Shown: positions 1 through 9,464, numbered from the stretch's first letter. The stretch: 64,000 bases of DNA from Escherichia coli (GCF_044324875.1 NZ_CP172187.1), one strand, 5' to 3'. Program-made: numbers and translations. The notes: a model not told the origin generated them from the letters alone.

Positions 1-549
1 TCCAGCACCGTGCATTTTTCCGGTAATAATCACGGCACCATCCCCGATTGCCTCGCGAATATCTCTCGCTGCCAGCCCCAGAGCGCAATTGCTGACCCCG
101 TTATTAGGATTACCTGTTAGCACCAGAATTTTTGCGCCCATATTAACTAGCTTACGGGCATTGTTAGCCGTTGCTGCCCGCCCTGATTTCATTTTCCAGA
201 TATCGTCATGAGCAACAGCAAATTCAGGGTCTACGGCCTCCAGGTTCACACCAATGATACGGCCTGTCAGGCGTTGCAGTTCATGCAACGTTTGTTCTGG
301 TGCAATACCTGCGGGTAATCCCTGAATATACGGATTTTCACTGTCAAACATATTAACCAGTAAAATATCTGCGCCCTGTGATGCAGCAAGTTCGGCATTC
401 GTGACATTGTTCAGTAATGGCTGGGTAATCGCGATGGATTCGCTAACCATCACACGGCCTTCACTGGCACGAATAGCGTACAGAAGCCTGGTTTTATCCA
501 TCGATACAAAATCGGAAGCACAGCAGTCCAGCAGCCGTTTATTGGTCAT
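1..549 (-). CDS. hypothetical protein, partial (3' end beyond window edge); start ATG overlaps the stop of the upstream PTS gene
   Basis: Open minus-strand frame from ATG (complement of 547-549; MTNKRLLDCC...) running off the window; ATGA start/stop overlap with the PTS gene; family not recognised. Confidence 0.5.
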   Translation of the reverse strand, partial: MTNKRLLDCCASDFVSMDKTRLLYAIRASEGRVMVSESIAITQPLLNNVTNAELAASQGADILLVNMFDSENPYIQGLPAGIAPEQTLHELQRLTGRIIGVNLEAVDPEFAVAHDDIWKMKSGRAATANNARKLVNMGAKILVLTGNPNNGVSNCALGLAARDIREAIGDGAVIITGKMHGAG

Positions 550-1943
550 TGAGCGCCTCCTTGCTGATTAACCAGTTCACTGATTTCACCCGCGATAATT
601 TCTGCCCGGGTTCCTACAATGACCTGTAGCCCGGTATCTCCGCGTTTTACAACGCCCATGGCTCCGAGTTTCCTGAGTTCTGGCTCTTGAATCATGTCCA
701 TGTTTGCGACCTCCAGGCGCAGACGGGTAATACAGGCATCAATACGCATAATGTTTTCTTTCCCACCCAAAGCGGCAAGATACGCCGTTGCTAAATCGGA
801 GGAACCGGCAATAGCTGAAATGGTTTCCTCATTATCTTCTCTTCCTGGCGTAGCGAGATTAAAGCGACTAATAAAAAAGCGGAACAGGAAGTAATAAATC
901 AGTGCCCATAAGCCCCCAATAGGTAGCATTAATAACGGATGTGAGGCCAGTCCGAATGACAGTACATAATCAATTAACCCAGCCGAGAACGTAAATCCAA
1001 GTTTAATCCCAAGAATTTGACACACAGCCATAGAAACGCCAGTCAGTACCGCGTGGATACCGTAGAGCACAGGCGACAAAAACAAGAAGGTGTATTCCAC
1101 GGGTTCCGTAATCCCCGTCAGGAATGTCGTCAGCGCGAGTGACAGGAATAACCCGGCGACAGCGGGGCGTTTATCTTTCGGGGCTGCGTGATACATCGCG
1201 AGGCATGCAGCAGGCAGAGCAAACATAAATACCGGGAAATATCCCGCCATAAATGCCCCGGCAGAGGGATCACCGGCAAAGAATCGGTGGATATCACCGG
1301 TCACCACGGTACCATCCGCCGCCGTAAAGGAACCGAAAACAAACCAGACCAGCGAGTTAACAATATGGTGCAAACCCACGACGCGAAAAAGAACGTTCAG
1401 TATACCGTACACAAAGGGGCCAACCGGGCCAGACGCTACCAGCCAGTTACCAATTGCATTCACGCCATGCTGTACCGGTGTCCATGCCCAGCCAAGAATA
1501 ACACCCAGCAGCAGGCAACTTAACCCAGTGGCTATTGGGACAAAACGTTTTCCACCGAAAAAAGCCAGATATTCCGGTAACTTGATATTATGATAGCGAT
1601 TATACAGCACGCCCGCCAACAACCCAGTCAGAATGCCAGACAGGACCCCCATATTAAGTTCAGGATTGATAGCCTGCATCACAGAAGTCAGTACCAGGTA
1701 ACCAATCGTACCTGCCAGGCTGGCGGCACAGTGATTGTCCTTTGCAACCCCCCCACTGATACCTATGGCAAACAGTAGTGGTAAGTTTTCAAACAGTGTT
1801 TGCCCTGCTTTCATTACAAACACAATATTGAAAACATCGGGCTGCCCAAGACGTAGCAGCAACCCGGCGACGGGTAATACAGCAATAGGTAGCATCAGTG
1901 CCTTGCCCAGGCGCTGCATGATGACGAAAAAATTCCCCTGCAT
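546..1943 (-). CDS. PTS system glucose-family EIICB component (sugar unknown)
   Basis: 465 aa ORF; N-terminal multi-TM EIIC resembling PtsG/NagE; C-terminal EIIB with DACITRLR cysteine motif. Confidence 0.85.
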   Translation of the reverse strand: MQGNFFVIMQRLGKALMLPIAVLPVAGLLLRLGQPDVFNIVFVMKAGQTLFENLPLLFAIGISGGVAKDNHCAASLAGTIGYLVLTSVMQAINPELNMGVLSGILTGLLAGVLYNRYHNIKLPEYLAFFGGKRFVPIATGLSCLLLGVILGWAWTPVQHGVNAIGNWLVASGPVGPFVYGILNVLFRVVGLHHIVNSLVWFVFGSFTAADGTVVTGDIHRFFAGDPSAGAFMAGYFPVFMFALPAACLAMYHAAPKDKRPAVAGLFLSLALTTFLTGITEPVEYTFLFLSPVLYGIHAVLTGVSMAVCQILGIKLGFTFSAGLIDYVLSFGLASHPLLMLPIGGLWALIYYFLFRFFISRFNLATPGREDNEETISAIAGSSDLATAYLAALGGKENIMRIDACITRLRLEVANMDMIQEPELRKLGAMGVVKRGDTGLQVIVGTRAEIIAGEISELVNQQGGAQ

Positions 1944-2176
1944 AAATTCACCTCAGTAGTCGTTGTTCATTTTGCGCATGAGACAGTAAACCATCTATGT
2001 ACCATTTGTAGACCATAATGTTTTATGGCTAAAAAGACCTACTGATAGATAGCTGTTTTGTGATCTAACGAGCTTTATTTTTCTTCTGTGAGTGATTTCC
2101 AGGATGACAATGGACGCTCACTGGTTAAGAATTGGTATACAGAGATTGAACCAGATATAACCTGCTAAGAGGAACG

Positions 2177-2926
2177 ATGAAAAAAACTCCGCAACCCGAA
2201 TTTCATCTTGATGAATCCAGCGCGATGCCGCTGTATATGCAACTGGTTAATGCCATTAAGTTAGCCGTAGCGGAAGGTCGACTGCATCCTGGTGACGTTT
2301 TGCCGTCAGAACGGACACTGGTAGAGACGTTGAACATTGCGCGAGGCACAGCCCGTAAAGCATTGCAGCAACTGCTGGAAGAGGGCGTTCTCGTGCGTAA
2401 TCAGGGTTCTGGTACATTCGTTGCTCCACATGTACTTCAATCTCTGCCGTTATTGGAAAGTTTCAGTGAAATGGCCGTTGCCAGTGGTGGAGAAGCACAA
2501 AGCGAACTGGTCGGGTATCAGCGTCGGGCATCTGCGCCGGAAGAGCGTCGTGCCCTGCAACTGACAGATGGTAAAGATGAGGTTGTGGAGCTAACCCGAC
2601 TGCGGAAGATTAACGGTATTGCCGTTTCCCTTCAGACAGCGATTTTACCTGCGGCTCTGCTGGATAAAATCAGTGAACTGGATGAGTCGTTGTACCTGCA
2701 TCTGGAGAAGAAAGGCGCTCCAGTGCTGCGGGCGAGTCAGAGCTTCCGCGCAGTGCCAGTGGACAATAAACTGGCACACTATCTGAACATCGGGGAGCAT
2801 GAACCACTCCTGTTGGTAACCCGCACAGGCTTCACTCACGAAGATAAGCCGGTGGAATACACCCGGACATGGTGCCTGAATGATTACTATGATTTTACGA
2901 TTGAGCTACATCGAAAAGAATCATAA
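2177..2926 (+). CDS. GntR/HutC-family transcriptional regulator (HTH plus UTRA-like effector domain)
   Basis: 249 aa; N-terminal GntR-type HTH (SERTLVETLNIARGTARKALQQL); divergent from the PTS operon. Confidence 0.8.
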   Translation: MKKTPQPEFHLDESSAMPLYMQLVNAIKLAVAEGRLHPGDVLPSERTLVETLNIARGTARKALQQLLEEGVLVRNQGSGTFVAPHVLQSLPLLESFSEMAVASGGEAQSELVGYQRRASAPEERRALQLTDGKDEVVELTRLRKINGIAVSLQTAILPAALLDKISELDESLYLHLEKKGAPVLRASQSFRAVPVDNKLAHYLNIGEHEPLLLVTRTGFTHEDKPVEYTRTWCLNDYYDFTIELHRKES

Positions 2927-3013
2927 GGTAATTTTTTCGCATTCTCCAAAAACGGTTTTTAATATACAAAAATCATTATTTATCAAATACATTATTTTAT
3001 GAAAATAAATGTT

Positions 3014-3376
<363 letters not shown>

Positions 3377-3406
3377 TCAACATAGGTCATCCTAAAATAC
3401 ATTAAA

Positions 3407-3487
3407 GATAACAAGATAACAAGATAACAAGATAACAAGATAACAAGATAACAAGGTGTTATCTTGTTATCTCAAGGTGTTATCTTT
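3407..3487. repeat. iteron array: six direct copies of GATAACAA followed by three inverted copies (TGTTATC)
   Basis: Read directly at 3407-3454 (direct) and 3455-3487 (inverted); immediately downstream of the parG-like gene. Confidence 0.85.
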
Positions 3488-3782
3488 GTTTTACTTCTGC
3501 TATCAATCGTGATACCTCTGTTTTTGATAGTGTTTTAAGTGCTTCTACCGCCGCCCTGACAACATCAGAACGATTCACTCTGCCTTTACCTGAAACCATC
3601 TCAGCCGTTATAAGGGCATCAATGTCTTTTAGGTTTTCTTCAAAAAAAGAAATACTCACTGGTTTTGCTTTGCTTACAACCGATGATTTATCTGATGACT
3701 TTTTGGTATTATCAAGGCCAGCCGTGCCACCGTTAATAAATGCTGCCTCGTCACGAGGTGAAGTGTTTGCTCTATTTCTCAC
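3480..3782 (-). CDS. ParG-like ribbon-helix-helix centromere-binding partition protein
   Basis: 100 aa with flexible basic N-tail and RHH-like C-terminus; 4-bp overlap with the upstream ParA-family gene, typical of type Ib par operons. Confidence 0.6.
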   Translation of the reverse strand: MRNRANTSPRDEAAFINGGTAGLDNTKKSSDKSSVVSKAKPVSISFFEENLKDIDALITAEMVSGKGRVNRSDVVRAAVEALKTLSKTEVSRLIAEVKQR

Positions 3783-4405
3783 AGAATAACCTCTTTCACT
3801 AACGCTTCGATTTCTTGCTGGGCTTTATCATTTTGCGTTTCAAAAATTGTCATTGATTCGGCCCAAGCATCTCGATGTGCTTTACGATCACATACCCGGG
3901 AGTTTGCCAGATGCATTTCAGGGTAATCCTTAAGTACTTCAGCTGCCTCATTGGCTTCATTAACAAACATATTTGTGGGCGTCATGTTTAAAACGAGATA
4001 TCCCCGAACATCCTCATTAAAATCTTTTGCTGCTGTAAAAACGGAGCATGTATGAGGCACAACATCCAGGTCCATCTGAGATGGGCGCAAAGGAGAAATG
4101 AATACATCTGCGGCCATCAATCCACTACGCATTTCTGCGCTATCACGGCCAGCACAGTCTGCAATAACAAAATCATAGGATTTTTCGTGTTCCTTTAACA
4201 TGGCTTTGATGTTACCTGTCGCGCCTGTAACCGGAATATGAGGGAGATCTTCAGGGCGATTGTTGTACCAGGTTAATACTGATTTCTGGTCATCTGCGTC
4301 GACAATAATCACTCTATTGCCTAGTGACATCAGATACGCAGCTATAGATACCGCCAGTGTACTTTTACCTACCCCACCCTTTTGACTACCTAATACTATT
4401 ATCAT
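3779..4405 (-). CDS. parA: ParA/ParF-family partition ATPase (small, type Ib)
   Basis: 208 aa; deviant Walker A KGGVGKST at N-terminus; GAGG RBS upstream of ATG. Confidence 0.85.
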   Translation of the reverse strand: MIIVLGSQKGGVGKSTLAVSIAAYLMSLGNRVIIVDADDQKSVLTWYNNRPEDLPHIPVTGATGNIKAMLKEHEKSYDFVIADCAGRDSAEMRSGLMAADVFISPLRPSQMDLDVVPHTCSVFTAAKDFNEDVRGYLVLNMTPTNMFVNEANEAAEVLKDYPEMHLANSRVCDRKAHRDAWAESMTIFETQNDKAQQEIEALVKEVIL

Positions 4406-4413
4406 TATAGCCT

Positions 4414-4500
4414 CATATTAAGTTGTTAAGTTAACAACTTAATATTGCCATCTGAACGCGAATCATGCAATTATTTTTGTTATATTAACAACTTAACAAG
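4414..4500. promoter_or_regulatory. palindromic operator-like sites upstream of the par operon (TTAAGTTGTT-AAGTT-AACAACTTAA and repeated AACAACTTAA motifs)
   Basis: Perfect inverted repeat read at 4414-4443 and related motifs to about 4500, in the par promoter region. Confidence 0.5.
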
Positions 4501-4532
4501 TTATTAAGTATTTGATTTATAGATTAATTAAT

Positions 4533-4580
4533 ATAACAAGATAACAAGATAACAAGATAACAAGATAACAAGATAACAAT
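4533..4580. repeat. iteron array: six tandem copies of ATAACAAG (same 8-bp unit as 3407-3487)
   Basis: Read directly; upstream of the par operon, so the par cassette is bracketed by the same iteron. Confidence 0.85.
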
Positions 4581-4600
4581 ATTATGGGTGGATTACATAT

Positions 4601-5872
4601 TCATAACTGGGCTACTGGCAAATCTGTCCATCTGGTGGTATACGCAGGAGAAAGCATTTCCCGTTTCATTTGCCATTCAGGGGCGGTTCCTCGCCCCGCA
4701 AACCACACTTTCCCTTTTCCAGACTGGTTCAGTTCATCGAGTGTTTTCATTAACTTTTCGCTGTTTTTACGGGGCTGGATCTCATCAAATAATCCCGGCT
4801 GCGCTATACCCGATGGTGTGAAATCAGCCAGCATGACTCCTGCCTTCATATAGCGGTACCCTTCACGCCAGACATGGTTTAAGGCTCTGCATGCGGCGGC
4901 AATAATGTCCCGGCTGTCCTGTGTGGGCAATGGAAGCTTTTCCACAGCGGCATTGCTGTAACAGGGTTCTTTTACTGCAAAGGGGGATGTCCGTACAAAT
5001 GTCGTCACCTGCCGGCAATACTGACGTTCCCCACGTAGTTTCTCTGCGGCCCGCTCTGCATACTGAACAACAGCCTGGTGCATGGCATCTTTGTCTGTGA
5101 TTCGTTCACCAAAACTGCGACTACAGACAATCTGCTGTTTTGCCGGTGGTGCTTCTTCCAGGGATATGCAGGACTCGCCGTTGAGTTCGCGTACCGTACG
5201 CTCAAGAATGACGCTGAAGTTTTTCCGGATGAATGCCGTGTTAGCCTGCGCCAGCTGCAGTGCTGTGTTAATACCCAGCGCATTCAGCTTTTCCGTCAGT
5301 CTGCGTCCTACTCCCCAGACCTCACCAACTGGCTGCAGCCCCAGTAGCTTCAAGGTCCGATTACGGTTTTCTGCCGTCAGCGCGACCACTCCGGAAAACT
5401 GTGGCCATTGCTTTGTTGCCCACTGTGCACTTTTAGCCAGCGTTTTTGTAGGCGCAATGCCCACCCCCATGGTGAGTCCTGTCCAGCTCTTTACCTGTTC
5501 CCTGAGCTGATGACCAAAAACCTCCGGAGAGATGCAATGATTTATCCCCCGCAAATCAATGAACATTTCATCAATTGAGTAGGGCTCAACTGCGGGAGAA
5601 AGCGACTCCAGAACAGCCATAACCCGTTGGCTCATGCTGTGGTACAGCGCATAATTGCTGGAAAATACATGTATTTTCTTCTCCAGGCGCATTTGTCTCA
5701 CCTGAAACCAGGGCTGCCCCATTCTGATGCCAAGGGCTTTTGCCTCCGGGCTGCGCGCGATCACACAGCCATCGTTATTGCTGAGTACGATGACCGGTTC
5801 GTTGCGAAGGTCCGGGCGGAAAACTTTTTCACATGAGGCGTAGAAACTGTTGATATCAGCCAGTGCAAACAT
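4601..5872 (-). CDS. impB: Y-family error-prone DNA polymerase subunit (UmuC/MucB/ImpB family)
   Basis: 423 aa starting MFALADINSFYASCEKVFRPDL, the conserved UmuC-family N-terminus; gene order small-DinI-like/UmuD-like/UmuC-like matches impCAB (symbol by synteny, from memory). Confidence 0.85.
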   Translation of the reverse strand: MFALADINSFYASCEKVFRPDLRNEPVIVLSNNDGCVIARSPEAKALGIRMGQPWFQVRQMRLEKKIHVFSSNYALYHSMSQRVMAVLESLSPAVEPYSIDEMFIDLRGINHCISPEVFGHQLREQVKSWTGLTMGVGIAPTKTLAKSAQWATKQWPQFSGVVALTAENRNRTLKLLGLQPVGEVWGVGRRLTEKLNALGINTALQLAQANTAFIRKNFSVILERTVRELNGESCISLEEAPPAKQQIVCSRSFGERITDKDAMHQAVVQYAERAAEKLRGERQYCRQVTTFVRTSPFAVKEPCYSNAAVEKLPLPTQDSRDIIAAACRALNHVWREGYRYMKAGVMLADFTPSGIAQPGLFDEIQPRKNSEKLMKTLDELNQSGKGKVWFAGRGTAPEWQMKREMLSPAYTTRWTDLPVAQL

Positions 5873-6309
5873 CAGCGTAACTCCCGCGTCCTGTGTATCA
5901 CGTGAGTGACAACACCAAAAATACAGATGTTTTCCGGATACAGTGTGCGGAACTCCGGGCTGTCTGAAACCGGCTCCAGTGCCGGGCGTGGGCGCAACAG
6001 CAGTCGTTTGACGGTGAACTCACCATCGATCTCAGCGATAACGATGTCCCCGTGTTGTGGTTTTTCGGCCCTGTCCACTACCAGCAGATCACCATTCTGC
6101 ACGCCAGCCTGGTTCATCGATTCACCGCTGGCGCGCAGAAAGAAGGTGGCTGCAGGTCTGCTGATGCAATAGCTGTTCAGATCCAGTTCCTGCTCAGCAT
6201 AATCAGTGGCAGGCGAAGGAAAACCGGCCTGGCAACGATCGGCAAACAACGGTCGCACGTAACTGTCATTGCCTGAAGGGTCAGCCGGACGGTGATAAAC
6301 GGTACTCAT
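5872..6309 (-). CDS. impA: UmuD/MucA/ImpA-family LexA-like S24 peptidase subunit
   Basis: 145 aa; C-terminal S24 peptidase region (GESMNQAGVQNGDLLVVD...); ATGA overlap with downstream polymerase gene. Confidence 0.85.
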   Translation of the reverse strand: MSTVYHRPADPSGNDSYVRPLFADRCQAGFPSPATDYAEQELDLNSYCISRPAATFFLRASGESMNQAGVQNGDLLVVDRAEKPQHGDIVIAEIDGEFTVKRLLLRPRPALEPVSDSPEFRTLYPENICIFGVVTHVIHRTRELR

Positions 6310-6554
6310 GCTGCAGGCAGCCAGCTGTCGTCCTGCCAGATTTCTTCCAGCAGAGACAGGATACGTTCTTTATCCTTGTCGTTGCGGGCTCCTGTGACAG
6401 ATACAGACGGGGCGCTGCCCTGGTCTATACGCAGCCAGATTTCCGGGTAGTGTGGTTTCAGACGTCGTTCGATTTCATTCTGTAGCGCCTGAAGTGTGCC
6501 TGATTTGAGGTTTTTTGTGCTCTGGCGGTCGAAAAGAATTTCAATGCGGATCAT
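6306..6554 (-). CDS. impC: DinI-like small protein (ImpC-like), first gene of the operon
   Basis: Start chosen at internal ATG (MIRIEILFDR...) preceded by GGGAGA RBS; C-terminus ...ILSLLEEIWQDDSWL resembles DinI family. Confidence 0.7.
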   Translation of the reverse strand: MIRIEILFDRQSTKNLKSGTLQALQNEIERRLKPHYPEIWLRIDQGSAPSVSVTGARNDKDKERILSLLEEIWQDDSWLPAA

Positions 6555-6577
6555 GTTCTCATCTCCCTTTTCTTTTG

Positions 6578-6593
6578 CTGTATGTATATACAG
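6578..6593. promoter_or_regulatory. LexA box (CTGT-N8-ACAG): CTGTATGTATATACAG
   Basis: Consensus SOS box 24 bp upstream of the impC-like start codon. Confidence 0.8.
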
Positions 6594-6862
6594 TATTCTA
6601 ATAACTGAATCCACACACAGTCAAATGTCATTATTGTGACTAAAAAACGCTCAATTCTCTGAGGGTGTGGCTGTATGCCTGCTGTGGACTGCTGTGTCCA
6701 GCTTATCCACAGCATTTTGCGCACGGTTCTGTGAATAAAATACCTGGTTACCCAGGCCGTGCCGGCACGTTAACCGGGCTGCATCCAATGCAAGTGTGTC
6801 GCTGTCGCCGGCATCCTCACCAGGTCACTCAGCAGTCAGGGAGAAAAATGGCGGATGAAGTA

Positions 6863-7221
6863 TGACGGAGACGGTCGGGCAAGTGCCCGTTTCTTTTCCG
6901 ACAAAGGATGTCGCCGTGCTCCTCTTTTTACTGCGCCGGCTGACGCGGCGCGGCATAAACGCTGCCTGTGGTCAGTGTCCCGCGTCCGGCGGGCACGGGA
7001 CGGGCGCTTTTACCGCTCCCGGCTGGCGTCGGTGACAGTGTACGCCAGCCCGTCGCCCTTTTCTGATGAACGCCCTTCAAGCCGCTTTCGCGGCATAGCC
7101 TTGCCGTCAAAAAGACGACGGCTGCGGTATTCCACGGTCGGCCTGACCCGTTACCGGACGCGGTGAACAGCCCACAGGCAGCGGGGAACGGGCACCACAG
7201 GGGGGCCCTCCCGGTGCTCCT
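6863..7221 (+). repeat. leading-region repeat family A, copy 1 (~360 bp, GC-rich, contains long imperfect inverted repeat arms 6954-6989 / 7154-7184)
   Basis: Near-identical to 8168-8526; ends at the RBS of the downstream gene. Confidence 0.85.
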
Positions 7222-7236
7222 GTGAGGAGAATTCCC

Positions 7237-8163
7237 ATGCCAAACTGGTGCTCAAATCGTATGTATTTTTCTGGTGAACCAGCACAGATCGCTGAGATTA
7301 AACGACTGGCCAGCGGTGCAGTCACACCGCTTTATCGCCGCGCCACAGATGAAGGTATTCAGCTGTTTCTGGCCGGTAGTGCCGGACTTCTGCAGACCAC
7401 TGAAGATGTGCGGTTTGAACCATGCCCCGGACTGACGGCTGCCGGACGTGGTGTTGTATCGCCGGAGAATATCGCGTTCACCCGCTGGCTGACACACCTG
7501 CAGAACGGTGTGCTACTGGATGAAAAAAACTGCCTGATGCTGCATGAACTCTGGCTGCAGAGTGGTACTGGCCAGCGTCGCTGGGAAGGATTACCGGATG
7601 AGGTCAGGGAAAGCATCACCGTGCATTTCACCGCCAAAAGAGGTAACTGGTGTGGCTTCTGGAGTAACGAGGATGTATCGGTGTGGTGGAACCGTCTGTG
7701 TGACAATGTACTGCCGGAAAAAACCATGCCGTTTGACCTGCTGACGGTTCTGCCCACCCGCCTGGATGTTGAAGTGAATGGCTTTAACGGTGGTGTTCTG
7801 AACGGTGTTCCTTCTGCGTATCACTGGTATACGGAACAGTATGGCGTGAAGTGGCCTGTGGGGTATGAGGTGAATATCAGCAGTCAGGGAGACAACTTCA
7901 TTCAGGTTGATTTCGACACGCCGTGGTGTCAGCCGGAAAGCGACGTTATTGCAGAATTAAGCCGCCGTTTCAGTTGCACACTGGAGCACTGGTATGCCGA
8001 GCAGGGCTGCAATTTCTGTGGCTGGCAGCGATATGAGCGTGGAGAGCTTGTTGATGTCCTGTGGGGGGAATTGGAATGGTCTTCCCCGACAGATGACGAT
8101 GAGCTGCCGGAAGTCACCGGACCTGCGTGGATTGTCGACAAGGTGGCGCATTACGGTGGATGA
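7237..8163 (+). CDS. hypothetical Cys-rich leading-region protein (family not assigned)
   Basis: 308 aa from ATG preceded by GAGGAG RBS (MPNWCSNRMYF...); multiple Cys/Trp-rich motifs incl. CNFCGW. Confidence 0.7.
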   Translation: MPNWCSNRMYFSGEPAQIAEIKRLASGAVTPLYRRATDEGIQLFLAGSAGLLQTTEDVRFEPCPGLTAAGRGVVSPENIAFTRWLTHLQNGVLLDEKNCLMLHELWLQSGTGQRRWEGLPDEVRESITVHFTAKRGNWCGFWSNEDVSVWWNRLCDNVLPEKTMPFDLLTVLPTRLDVEVNGFNGGVLNGVPSAYHWYTEQYGVKWPVGYEVNISSQGDNFIQVDFDTPWCQPESDVIAELSRRFSCTLEHWYAEQGCNFCGWQRYERGELVDVLWGELEWSSPTDDDELPEVTGPAWIVDKVAHYGG

Positions 8164-8167
8164 ATTC

Positions 8168-8526
8168 TGACGGAGACGGGCGGGCAACCGCCCGTTTCTT
8201 TTCCGACAAAGGATGTCGCCGTGCTCCTCTTTTTACTGCGCCGGCTGACGCGGCGCGGCATAAACGCTGCCTGTGGTCAGTGTCCCGCGTCCGGCGGGCA
8301 CGGGACGGGCGCTTTTACCGCTCCCGGCTGGCACCGGTGACAGTGTACGCCAGCCCGTCGCCCTTTTCTGATGAACGCCCTTCAAGCCGCTTTCGCGGCA
8401 TAGCCTTGCCGTCAAAAAGACGACGGCTGCGGTATTCCACGGTCGGCCTGACCCGTTACCGGACGCGGTGAACAGCCCACAGGCAGCGGGGAACGGGCAC
8501 CACAGGGGTGCCCTCCCGGTGCCTTC
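8168..8526 (+). repeat. leading-region repeat family A, copy 2
   Basis: Near-identical to 6863-7221; ends at RBS of the methyltransferase gene. Confidence 0.85.
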
Positions 8527-8546
8527 TGTAAGAGAAGGAGGCTTTT

Positions 8547-9230
8547 ATGTCCCGTTTTATCCTGGGTGACTGCGTGCGAGTTATGGCCACGTTTCCGGAC
8601 AATGCTGTCGATTTCATCCTCACCGACCCGCCGTATCTCGTCGGTTTCCGTGACCGTTCCGGGCGCACCATTGCCGGTGACGTTAACGATGACTGGTTGC
8701 AACCTGCCAGCAATGAGATGTACCGCGTACTCAAAAAAGACGCTCTGTTGGTCAGCTTCTACGGCTGGAACCGTATTGACCGCTTTATGGCGGCCTGGAA
8801 ACGCGCCGGATTCAGCGTGGCAGGGCACCTCGTGTTCACCAAAAACTACACATCCAAATCTGCGTATGTCGCGTACCGCCACGAATGCGCCTACATCCTG
8901 GCAAAAGGCCGTCCACGTCTGCCACAAAACCCGCTGCCGGACGTGCTGGGCTGGAAATATTCGGGCAATCGTCATCACCCGACGGAAAAGCCTGTTACCA
9001 GCCTGCAACCGCTGATTGAGAGCTTCACACACCCGAACGCAATTGTGCTGGACCCGTTTGCAGGCAGCGGCTCAACCTGCGTTGCCGCCCTCCAGTCCGG
9101 ACGCCGGTATATCGGTATCGAGCTGCTTGAGCAGTATCACCGTGCCGGACAGCAACGACTGGCTGCCGTTCAACGGGCCATGCAGCAGGGGGCCGCGAAT
9201 GATGACTGGTTTATGCCGGAGGCTGCGTAA
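8547..9230 (+). CDS. orphan N6-adenine DNA methyltransferase (DPPY motif before FAGSGS motif; beta-class order)
   Basis: 227 aa; LTDPPY and DPFAGSGSTC motifs; AGGAGG RBS; no adjacent restriction endonuclease. Confidence 0.8.
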   Translation: MSRFILGDCVRVMATFPDNAVDFILTDPPYLVGFRDRSGRTIAGDVNDDWLQPASNEMYRVLKKDALLVSFYGWNRIDRFMAAWKRAGFSVAGHLVFTKNYTSKSAYVAYRHECAYILAKGRPRLPQNPLPDVLGWKYSGNRHHPTEKPVTSLQPLIESFTHPNAIVLDPFAGSGSTCVAALQSGRRYIGIELLEQYHRAGQQRLAAVQRAMQQGAANDDWFMPEAA

Positions 9231-9452
9231 ATGAACTATGCCGGACACGAAAAACTTCGCGCCGAAGTGGCGGAGGTGGCCAACACCATGTGTGACCTTC
9301 GGGCCAGGCTGAACGATATGGAGCATCGCTGTCGTTTTGATTCCGATGTGCTTGTTGAACGCCTGACACGCCAGACGCTGTATCGCGCCAATCGCCTGTT
9401 TATGGAGGCGTATACCGAAATTCTTGAACTGGATGCGTGCTTCAAAGATTAA
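9231..9452 (+). CDS. hypothetical small protein (73 aa)
   Basis: ATG overlaps upstream stop (TAAATG); within a co-directional gene block. Confidence 0.5.
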   Translation: MNYAGHEKLRAEVAEVANTMCDLRARLNDMEHRCRFDSDVLVERLTRQTLYRANRLFMEAYTEILELDACFKD

Positions 9453-9464
9453 GGGGGAGACGAA

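Noticed and set aside
3407-4580. Short tandem repeat arrays considered as possible CRISPR
   Set aside because: Unit is 8 bp with no spacers and no cas genes; fits partition iterons.
7222-7236. Upstream start (MRRIP...) for the Cys-rich protein as given in the ORF track
   Set aside because: The ATG at 7237 has a well-spaced GAGGAG RBS; the upstream start lies inside the repeat element.
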